NCBI GenBank assembly: GCA_050293845.1
Contig: JBNKNM010000053.1
Coordinates: 1 to 28,567 of the forward strand
Direction: 5' to 3'
Length of the DNA: 28,567 nucleotides
From: Pseudobacteriovorax sp.
Lineage (GTDB): Bacteria > Bdellovibrionota_B > Oligoflexia > Oligoflexales > Oligoflexaceae
Numbering within the stretch: the stretch's first letter is position 1; each line of letters starts with the position of its first letter. Position numbers and translations under genes: made by a program. The notes beneath the pieces were generated by a model. It saw nothing but the letters and a program-made list of their open reading frames with translations. It had not been told where the DNA came from and searched no databases. Positions 1 to 7,302 of the stretch are shown one piece after another.

Positions 1-192
1 TATGCTAATACGAAAAACTAAAACGCTCGGTGGCTTAGTGACAAATTTTCAAATCGCAGCTTAAATCGCCATCACAGTCTGAATAAGGCGGCGGTAGCCT
101 TAGCTAATCGCAATGCAAGGGTCATTCGGGCGCTTTTAACCAAAGGAGAAAAATATAATCCTTGTCATTTAACGATGTATGCAACGTCATAA
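1..192 (+). pseudogene. IS110/IS1111 transposase C-terminal end, with in-frame stop
   Basis: Frame 1 reads ...NKAAVALANRNARVIRALLTKGEKY...*, the IS110 C-terminal motif. There is an in-frame TAA at 19-21. Not in the ORF track. Confidence 0.85.
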
Positions 193-249
193 TTGCAGTA
201 AATTAATTTTGAGTATTTCTACTCATTGGCTTACAACAGCAGGATAGTT

Positions 250-392
250 GATGGAAAAATGGTCAAACCACCGCTTCCAACCTTAATTCGGCGAGGTCAC
301 TTTAGATGACGTCCAAATGCTTAGGAGAAGCGGCTCGTATTCCATTCGGGCCAAAGAACGACGGTTCTTAGAAAAGGTCGAATATATGGGAG
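250..392 (+). ncRNA. Putative IS1111 seekRNA / bridge RNA
   Basis: Stems: TGGT/ACCA 260-270; CCGCTTC 271-277 / GAAGCGG 327-333; GTCA 296-299 / TGAC 307-310; GGCC 349-352 / GGTC 376-379; AAGAAC 354-359 / GTTCTT 364-369. Loop segments are complementary to the target flank and to the IS end. Boundaries approximate. Confidence 0.75.
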
Positions 393-561
393 TAACCAAT
401 TTTTTCTTCATAATTTTTGCTGGTAACAGCGGCGGATCCATATACGCCGAATGTCACATAGGACGATTACTATAATCTTCAAAATCCTGCACTGTTAAAT
501 TTTTCGCAATATCTCACACTATGGAGAGTCCTTTGTCGTTGAATGGCTAGTAGGAGATTCC

Positions 562-1827
562 ATGAAACTGTTTGCAATCGTTTTGAACCTAAGTCTATTA
601 ATCATATCAGGGTGTGGGGTAGATGAAGAAGCTTCAGACCCTGATTTTACAACTGGGGCAGGTCCTCTACGGGGACATGAAGATTTAACTCGGTTCGCAG
701 TACAATGGGCCAACGAACATTCCAATGTTGAGCTATTTCCAGAAGTTAGTGAATCTAGTGCGGGATACGATTCAAATCACCCAATGATCAAGGGAAATTA
801 TCAATCAGATTTTCCTAGTAATGAAGTTCGCAACTTCAACAATGCCTCACCCAGTGATGATTGGCACAATGCTGGTCATCTACAAAATATTCATGCACTC
901 AGCAACCATAACGGAACATCCGTCGAATCCAATCAGGCAACATGCCTTGGTATGCAACGGCAAGTTACAAGAGCTACAGAATTAGCTTATGATTATTATA
1001 TCAAAGGTAAAAATGATAAAGCCTTTTTTTGGTTGGGCCATGGTATGCATACCATTCAGGATAGTTTTTCTAGAGCTCATACAGAACGTTATAATGCGGG
1101 AGAACGGACTGTAAGAAAATTTTGTACCTATGGCTTAGAGCTAGTTGATGGCTGTTACCACAGTGCTGTTTCTCATAACGATCGTGTTTGGAAAGGGACC
1201 GTGTCTTGTCAAGTGAATCCTTTTGAACGGGAAGCGGATTGCTTAAAAACAGAAGCATTTCAAGCGGCAAAGGCCTCTGCAGGGTATCTCATGACATTTG
1301 AAAAATTAATAAATCATCGATCTCTAAATCTAAGAAATGAGCTTAAAGATTATTTCGAAATGCCAGGTGAATTTACAGGTTTTCTTACCTGTCAAAATTT
1401 AGGATCTTTACCTAGTGCTGTTGTTAATATTAAATATTTAGTATCTTCTACCCCTAACTTTTCATGTGGTGGGAATTACCTTAATACAGGAGTAGATCTA
1501 AATAAAGGTGCTGGAGGATCCTTCATTAATATGTGCGTTGGAAAAGGTCGTGAGCGAACTCCTATCAATGACCTAAGAGTAATATATGGTAAAGGAAGTA
1601 GCTGTCCCTCAGGCTATGGGAAACATGGGGTTGACTTAAATAAAGGGGCAGGTGGTGAATACATTTACTTATGCGAATCACGAGGTGCTAATAATCCGAT
1701 TCAAGATATTAGAATAATTGCGTCGAGCAAGAGTAGTACTAGTTGCCCAGGTGGATTCACAAAAATAGCAAAAGATTTGAATAAGGGTGCTGGCGGAAAG
1801 TACATTTATCTATGTTATAGGAAATAA
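562..1827 (+). CDS. Lipoprotein with Zn-dependent phospholipase C/P1 nuclease (Het-C-like) domain and C-terminal MABP beta-prism domain
   Basis: AGGAG RBS; lipobox IISGC (Cys18); His-rich motifs GHEDLT, HNAGHLQNIH and GHGMHTIQDSFSRAH; three DLNKGAGGx(F/Y)I(N/Y)(M/L)C repeats. Confidence 0.8.
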   Translation: MKLFAIVLNLSLLIISGCGVDEEASDPDFTTGAGPLRGHEDLTRFAVQWANEHSNVELFPEVSESSAGYDSNHPMIKGNYQSDFPSNEVRNFNNASPSDDWHNAGHLQNIHALSNHNGTSVESNQATCLGMQRQVTRATELAYDYYIKGKNDKAFFWLGHGMHTIQDSFSRAHTERYNAGERTVRKFCTYGLELVDGCYHSAVSHNDRVWKGTVSCQVNPFEREADCLKTEAFQAAKASAGYLMTFEKLINHRSLNLRNELKDYFEMPGEFTGFLTCQNLGSLPSAVVNIKYLVSSTPNFSCGGNYLNTGVDLNKGAGGSFINMCVGKGRERTPINDLRVIYGKGSSCPSGYGKHGVDLNKGAGGEYIYLCESRGANNPIQDIRIIASSKSSTSCPGGFTKIAKDLNKGAGGKYIYLCYRK

Positions 1828-1867
1828 TTGTTAATTACCCGCTCTGGGGAACGCTATTTTTACAGAA

Positions 1868-2049
1868 TCATAAAGTGAAAATCATATCCCATTCATCTCT
1901 AATTTTTCTATGATTAAAACCAACTCCATAGATGGAACCAAATCTTTACCAGATCTCTTTTCTAAGATTTTCTAGATGTCTTGCTTGTTCACACAACTCA
2001 TCAAATTTTCTCTTTTAAGAGCCTGTGATTTGAAAATTCAAGTGACCTT
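1868..2049 (-). pseudogene. tnpB: Degenerate tnpB N-terminus (IS607-associated type)
   Basis: Minus strand reads KVT*IFKSQAL / frameshift / KFDELCEQARHLENLRKEIW*RFGSIYGVGFNHRKIRDEW. It resembles the TnpB N-terminus pattern KVTRI..S..L...K...L.EQA..L...R..VW.RYGS and lies directly after the tnpA relic. Confidence 0.6.
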
Positions 2050-2063
2050 AGCTCTTCTTTTAT

Positions 2064-2435
2064 TTAGATTTTTTCAAGATCATCATTTTGATCATGAGAG
2101 TAAATTCTTGCATAACCGATGGTTGGCTTATCCGGTATCAGAACTTTTTTTGTCGTTGATTCAACCGTATTTGAAATCTCTGTTAAATCGAAAAACCTTT
2201 GACCGCCAGGGGTAATTCCTGCGGCCTTGATTTTTCCAGCATTCTCCCACTTTCTTATGGTAACCGTTTTACTTTGAGTTTTCCGGTAGGAGTTGATGAG
2301 CGAGCAGCGCAGCCTAGCTATTTTGTAGGTGAGACGTCGCAGTGACGAAAACAACAACCCGGAAAATTCAAACCAGAGCGATATATCAGAATGAACGTCT
2401 AACTTTTTAGTTGCTTGTGTGAGTCTTACACTCAT
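2064..2435 (-). pseudogene. tnpA: IS607-family serine transposase TnpA (MerR-type HTH + resolvase start), truncated and interrupted
   Basis: From ATG 2435: MSVRLTQATKKLDVHSD-[41 aa insert]-TIRKWENAGKI..TPGGQRFFDL...TIGYARIYSHDQNDDLE*. This matches the IS607 pattern GVH..TLRRWE / TPGGHRRY / YARVSSHDQ.DDL; YARVSS is altered to YARIYS. Confidence 0.85.
2261..2385. mobile_element. ERIC/RPE-like palindromic MITE, 123 bp net insertion at a duplicated TA
   Basis: Arms TTTGAGTTTTCCGG 2273-2286 / CCGGAAAATTCAAA 2359-2372 (13/14). TA at 2261-2262 and 2384-2385. Removing 2262-2384 restores H-S-D-T-I-R-K-W in tnpA. Confidence 0.8.
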
Positions 2436-2931
2436 GTAGTAGAAGGTATGCAAATAGCATGGGGTATCGACCATGGTGCCGTTCTCTCTGTTAGTGTTAT
2501 GAGAAAATATATTAAAACGGACACAACAGGCAAGGTGGATATCAATCTCCAACTACCAGTAGGCCCTCCTGGAATTCCCAGCGACTGAGGGCATTTAGTT
2601 GTTACATTCGGCGATAGGATTTCAAAACTATCAAATTTCATATATAGAAGCTCTGTCGGTAAGATTTTGTATGGCGATTATTAAGTTAGTGTTTTTTGTC
2701 TGAGTTGTAGCATACAAATATCTATATTTACTAAGAATTTATAAAAGCCAGATGAGCTTCCTTCTCTGAATTCCAAGATGACTGAGTAACTTCATCTCTG
2801 AAGTCGGAATCTTCACGGATGACCTCACTAGAACTGGGAGATTTTCCTAGTTTTAGTCATTATCTCTGATTTGGTTATTTCCTAAAAGATCATTTTTACA
2901 ATTGAGCTGCCGAATGTCAGATGTATGATCA

Positions 2932-3987
2932 CTAAATGGCTGCAACCAATGATTCAATCGTTTTTTTGCAGGCTTCTCGTTGTTCTTTAGAAACCTGAAT
3001 ATCCTCTCCATATACCTGATATTTGTGTCGATCCATAGAATTAAGAGGTAACCCTGAATTTGCTGCAACAACACCAGCACTGTTAAAATCTCTTAGTTCG
3101 ATAGTGAACTCTTTTTCAAAATCGTCTTGAGAATTGATAACAGATGATGGTTTTCGAAAACGATTCGGGTTTGCTAGAAATTCATCATACATTTTTTTCG
3201 TAGCTTCAATAGAAAGCGCTTTAAAAGCGTGTGCTGCACCTTTTTTTTGTGTAAATCTATTTCCTAGAAGCGAATGAATGATTGGTCTCTTCATTCCATT
3301 ACCATCAACGATTGATGCAAACGTGTAGTTGCCATATACAGGATGTTTAGTTTGATTGCCGTAAATCAGGTTAAAAAGTCCTTTTATAGCAAAAATTGAT
3401 GAATCATCAGCATTTATTGGAACAAGTAAAAATTCTCCAGCCAGGACAGCTATTTCTGTATATATTGAGAACGCTGGGTTCGTATCAATAAAAAACGTAC
3501 AGTCACGCCCCTCATTAATGTGGGAATTCGTGAAATTTTTTATGATAGAGTGTGCTTTTTCCCAAGGTTTATCAGATTGTGATATGGGTCGAGCATTGGC
3601 CCTCTCTGAAATAAGCGGAGCAACCAATTCCAAATTTCCATCACCAGACATCAAATAGATGTTGTCTGTCATGTTGTTGTTTATTACATCCAACTTGGTT
3701 AGGTAATTATTGGCAACGACAGGACTGCTCTGCGTAGTGAGAACATCTGTAATATATCCAACAACTGTTTTGGGTGTCGCTAAAGATAGTAGTTTGTTTA
3801 GTTCTGTTTCTCCTTTTTTTGCGCCTCCTAACAACATCATAGACGAATTACCCTGGGGACACATATCAATTACGACTATGTCCCTATCTGGATTCTTCTG
3901 AGCGTATACTGTAGCAACATGAAAGACTATGGTACTTTTGCCAACGCCACCTTTATTGTTCCAAACTACATAACTTTTATTAGCCAT
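2932..3987 (-). CDS. ParA/MinD-superfamily ATPase (orphan, long form)
   Basis: Deviant Walker A WNNKGGVGKST, Walker A' VIDMCPQGNSS and Walker B FFIDTNP. ATG at 3987 is preferred over TTG 3990. Confidence 0.9.
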   Translation of the reverse strand: MANKSYVVWNNKGGVGKSTIVFHVATVYAQKNPDRDIVVIDMCPQGNSSMMLLGGAKKGETELNKLLSLATPKTVVGYITDVLTTQSSPVVANNYLTKLDVINNNMTDNIYLMSGDGNLELVAPLISERANARPISQSDKPWEKAHSIIKNFTNSHINEGRDCTFFIDTNPAFSIYTEIAVLAGEFLLVPINADDSSIFAIKGLFNLIYGNQTKHPVYGNYTFASIVDGNGMKRPIIHSLLGNRFTQKKGAAHAFKALSIEATKKMYDEFLANPNRFRKPSSVINSQDDFEKEFTIELRDFNSAGVVAANSGLPLNSMDRHKYQVYGEDIQVSKEQREACKKTIESLVAAI

Positions 3988-4130
3988 CAAAGTCCCTTTT
4001 GAGTTAATTTTTTTATATTTATAAACTCTTGCACTGATGTCTCGTCACCTCAATATGCATTGATCACGCTATACAGTTTATTTGTTCTTGAAATGTTTGG
4101 ACAGCCAACAACCTCCCCTACCAAAAGCAA

Positions 4131-4834
4131 AGCTAGCCTCATAAAGCTTCGCCAATCTTCATCTATTCTCCTTGTAACCATTATTTAGGTAGGATATTGA
4201 GACCCGCAAGGAAATTGCAAAGCTAGAACCTGCGAAAATGCTGATCCGTGACCAACTAGCTTTAAGCCAACCCGAATATTACCTGGACCTTCATTATTAG
4301 TCGTTTTTCTTTTGAAGTGATTCCAATGCTGTATATCCGCATAGAGTTCGTCAATTTTTGGGTGAGAGTACTCGTTGTCCAATTCATAAAAAACAAAATA
4401 CATTGGATTTTTCGGAGTAATACGAGCTACATCTGTGCAGTCAAAGGGCTTACCTAAGTATGTATCGTCATTTTTGTAGAACCAACCCTTTTGAAATCGG
4501 GTAGAAATCGACCTCGTGTTTTCCCCAATTTTCGAAAATCGATTTGGATCGACTAAATTCTTAAAGCGGTAAAAATATATACCGATGCTTTCAGTAAATT
4601 CGTCACATAGAATTTCGTACAAATTGTTACCTCGTTCAGATCTAAGCTCATCTGGGGATTCGATTAGAGAAGCTAGTACCCTGTACTCTGAATTAATTAA
4701 GTTTGAGTCTGGTTTGTATTTTTTAATTTCTGCTTTCACATCTGACTCCACGCTGATAGAGATCTCGATTTTGTCATTATCTCACAAATTCTATATATCG
4801 AGTGCCATAGAACGAAGGGTTTATGAGGCTACCT
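4131..4834. repeat. Inverted-repeat pair enclosing a ~700 bp segment
   Basis: AGCTAGCCTCATAAAGCTTCG 4131-4151 versus the reverse complement of 4813-4834, AGGTAGCCTCATAAACCCTTCG: 19/22 aligned, with a perfect 12 bp core. Confidence 0.7.
4185..4751 (-). CDS. Hypothetical protein, possibly 5'-truncated
   Basis: 188 aa ORF in AT-rich DNA with natural composition. GTG start without a clear RBS. No motif recognised. Confidence 0.5.
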   Translation of the reverse strand: MESDVKAEIKKYKPDSNLINSEYRVLASLIESPDELRSERGNNLYEILCDEFTESIGIYFYRFKNLVDPNRFSKIGENTRSISTRFQKGWFYKNDDTYLGKPFDCTDVARITPKNPMYFVFYELDNEYSHPKIDELYADIQHWNHFKRKTTNNEGPGNIRVGLKLVGHGSAFSQVLALQFPCGSQYPT

Positions 4835-5336
4835 CACGTTTCCACTAAGGAAATTTCATTCAACATTTCCAATACCTCTTAAATTGTACCTGAAACCATT
4901 GTACTGTAAACTTAAAAAATATGGAGTAAACGACACAAATCTTTGGGCATTAAATGGGAGTTTTAGTATGGGTACTTTCAAATAAATAAATCTTTTCCTT
5001 AGGCCATTCCCCACTTATCAAGACAGATGAAACCTTGAATTTACGATTTGCGCATGAATTTTTAAAATAGATTAATTATTGATTGGCTGGATTGCTTTAT
5101 TTTGGGTAGATGTTCGACACATCATATATAAGTAATGATATGGGTAGTATAGTCTAAGGACATTTATATGCAAAAACGGTCATTCGAAGCGTATCTTTAT
5201 TGTTGCATTGGCCAGTTGAACATTTGACAAATTCCTAGACCATGCATATTCTAAGTAAAAAAGGCTCTTTTTTGAAAGCTTCGACCCTATCCCAACCAAT
5301 TTTCGGTTCTAAAGCTAATTTTGGCCATAAAAATTC

Positions 5337-5361
5337 TATCCTATAGATATTTTATAGGATA
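5337..5361. terminator. Perfect hairpin, possible terminator or operator
   Basis: TATCCTATA 5337-5345 / TATAGGATA 5353-5361, just downstream of the IS1634 fragment. Confidence 0.35.
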
Positions 5362-5384
5362 TCCCTGACTAATTGTAAGAAAGA

Positions 5385-5687
5385 TCAAGTAAAACCGTAG
5401 ATTCTGAGCGCATAATCACCAAAGGCTTTGACTATCGTCTTATGCTCTTTCTTGAGACCGTGGATCTCGTCATACACAAGCCCACCAATCTTAGTTCTTA
5501 TTTTCGCTATACGTTGCATTGTGTAGGATATCCACTTGAAAGTTGGTTTTGCTGTTTTGATACCTAACTGGTTCGGAAAAGATAAATCTCCTTCACAAAG
5601 GTAATCTCGAATAGTCTTCTCTGCAAGCTTATTCACGAACAATATGAGAGCCATAACGATCATCATGGCTTCAATGCGGGATTCAGG
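5385..5687 (-). pseudogene. IS1634-family transposase C-terminal fragment
   Basis: PESRIEAMMIVMALILFV..LAE..IR..L....FPNQLG.KT.KPTF.WI matches the IS1634 C-terminal pattern. The rest of the gene is missing. Confidence 0.8.
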
Positions 5688-5692
5688 ATGTT

Positions 5693-5950
5693 TTGAACAA
5701 ATGCATCAAAACTGGAGTTATAAAAAATGAAGGTGGGGTTTGTTTTCTGGATGTTGCTCCAACTCTAGGTATTCTTTGCCTTGAAAATAAGTGCAAAAGG
5801 ATTTCTTTTTGTGACGAACTTTCCAATTGCAACAATTGCTTATCTGTAACCAATTGTAATTGGACTGGGGACACTTGTTCTGAAGAGTGCCTTCAAGATA
5901 CATCTTGTTATGGTCCCGGTAATCCTGCAGCACCGTCGTGTCCAATTTAG
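5693..5950 (+). CDS. Cys-rich protein fragment with PSI (plexin repeat)-like tail, probably 5'-truncated
   Basis: 12 Cys in 85 aa, including C....NC..CL....CNW....C...C.....CY. TTG start without RBS, abutting the IS1634 fragment. Confidence 0.5.
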   Translation: MNKCIKTGVIKNEGGVCFLDVAPTLGILCLENKCKRISFCDELSNCNNCLSVTNCNWTGDTCSEECLQDTSCYGPGNPAAPSCPI

Positions 5951-5984
5951 TTCATTGTAAAAATTAGGGGGACTTCGAAAATAT

Positions 5985-6560
5985 ATGGCGCTAGACTTGA
6001 GTAATTCCAATCGTCCCAAACCAGGCAGCACGATAAGAGTGGACCCGATCCGGTCTTTAAAAGATATAGCTAGAATCAAAATTTTATTGGCAGATAGCCC
6101 TAGGGAACTTGCGATATTCACCTTGGGAATAAATTCCGCTCTTAGAGCATCAGACCTAGTAGCGATTCCTCTTTCATCAATTCAAAATCTAATGGTTGGC
6201 AAAAGCTTCATCGTAAGGGAAAAGAAGGCCAGAAAAAATCGTCATGTGACCATAAATGAATCCGTATTTTGTGCTTTGAGCGACTACCTTGAAGTGAGGC
6301 CACGAAGCAGAGCAAACCGACCACTATTTTTGTCGCGAAAGGGTGGGGGAGGACTTACCGTTCCTTCACTACACCGCTTGGTCAAATTTTGGTGCCATGA
6401 GGCTGGACTCAAGGGAAACTTTGGCAGCCACACACTCCGCAAAACCTTCGGTTACCATCAGCGGGTTACTTTTAAAACTGAGCTGCCAATTTTAATGACT
6501 GCATTTAACCATACCTCGCAAAAGCAGACGCTTTCGATTAAATTGGAGGAGAACCCATGA
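5985..6560 (+). pseudogene. Short tyrosine recombinase (catalytic domain only), truncated before the catalytic Tyr
   Basis: LGINSALRASDL (Arg I), EKK, SHTLRKTFGY (HxxR) and FNHTSQKQTL, then SIKLEENP* with no Tyr. Confidence 0.85.
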
Positions 6561-6627
6561 GTTTAGTGTTCTCAAGTCCTTGGATTTGATTGATCCTCTT
6601 TGTCGGCAATCTAACAAATTGCTCGCT

Positions 6628-6711
6628 TTGACGTCCTCCCCACGTCTAAAGCCGGGGGATTCCTGGGCCACTTCAGGACACCAGCGATTCACGTCCGAAT
6701 CGGAGAATGTT
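6628..6711 (-). mobile_element. IS200/IS605 (IS1341-like) right-end relic: last tnpB codons + RE hairpin ending in TCAA
   Basis: Minus strand NILRFGRESLVS* (6711-6673), then GGAATCCCCCGGCTTTAGACGTGGGGAGGACGTCAA. Confidence 0.85.
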
Positions 6712-6914
6712 CCCTCGGGAATCGTAAATACGTGTTCTGGGTGAAGCGACTTAACTGTATCGAGCAAGCCACTTTTAAGTTTCTCGCTTGCAGCTTTTAT
6801 ACGTTTTTCTAAGCCTGACTTGTCTCCTAGTGTTCTGGCATAAATGGCAGTTTTGGCAGAGAGGATCGTAAAAGGTACGAGATGTAAGGAAAGTATCAAG
6901 CAGACTAGCTTCAT
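6712..6914 (-). pseudogene. 5' part of a secreted-protein gene, cut by the IS605 relic
   Basis: GGAG RBS + ATG and signal-peptide-like MKLVCLILSLHLVPFTILSA. After ...FTIPEG the ORF runs through IS end sequence, so the track's 140 aa ORF is chimeric. Confidence 0.5.
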
Positions 6915-7174
6915 GGGGTCTCCACCATGGTTCTAGGGAGCAGACCCATATAAATAATAGGAATCAGAAATAAAAGCCATGAAAACCTAGTTATACTTTT
7001 TAAACAACCTTTTGCCATTTGTAGCTTTCTGCAACACTGCGAAAAAATGCTAAGCTATTTGAGTCACAAATAATTTTTGAAATACGGGGCCTTTACCAGT
7101 TAGAAATTAGCCCTTCCTAGCTCCCTCTAATCCACTATAATTAAATGTTAAAAATAAAAAGATATGAGATGGAC

Positions 7175-7200
7175 TAAATTTTTTTGAAGAAATCCGATAC
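7175..7200 (+). promoter_or_regulatory. Possible sigma28 (FliA)-like promoter
   Basis: TAAA-N14-TCCGATAC against consensus TAAA-N15-GCCGATAA; spacer is one nt short. Confidence 0.35.
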
Positions 7201-7302
7201 AAAATTTATCTCATGAAGGTGCTACTTGTACTGAAAGTAATTAAGAATTTATGCTGAATTTTGATGTCTAGAGAAATAATTCATCAAGAAAGGATGTCAT
7301 AT

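Larger units (their letters stand above)
1..444 (+). mobile_element. Right part of an IS110-family (IS1111 subgroup) insertion sequence
   Basis: Transposase C-terminus, then a ~250 bp structured non-coding end and a subterminal IR-like GCGGCGGATCCAT (429-441) plus 3 nt ATA. This is the typical IS1111 right-end layout. Confidence 0.85.

Noticed and set aside
1495..1797. Three regularly spaced ~24 bp repeats as a CRISPR array
   Set aside because: They are in-frame coding repeats (DLNKGAGG) that vary at third codon positions.
2436..2552. N-terminal extension of the 162 aa track ORF 2064..2552
   Set aside because: IS607 similarity starts at ATG 2435. The ORF is a chimera of upstream DNA, tnpA and the MITE.
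2750..2870. Recurring TCTCTGA motif (three copies)
   Set aside because: Short, irregularly spaced and not extendable. No function can be supported.
2600..2922. Canonical integron attC site or array
   Set aside because: Cores deviate from RYYYAAC/GTTRRRY, no 55-140 bp hairpin with L boxes could be built, and the integrase lacks the IntI-specific insertion. Kept only as a non-canonical hypothesis.
6492..6914. 140 aa ORF as an intact gene
   Set aside because: Its second half reads through the IS605 right end and antisense to the integrase.
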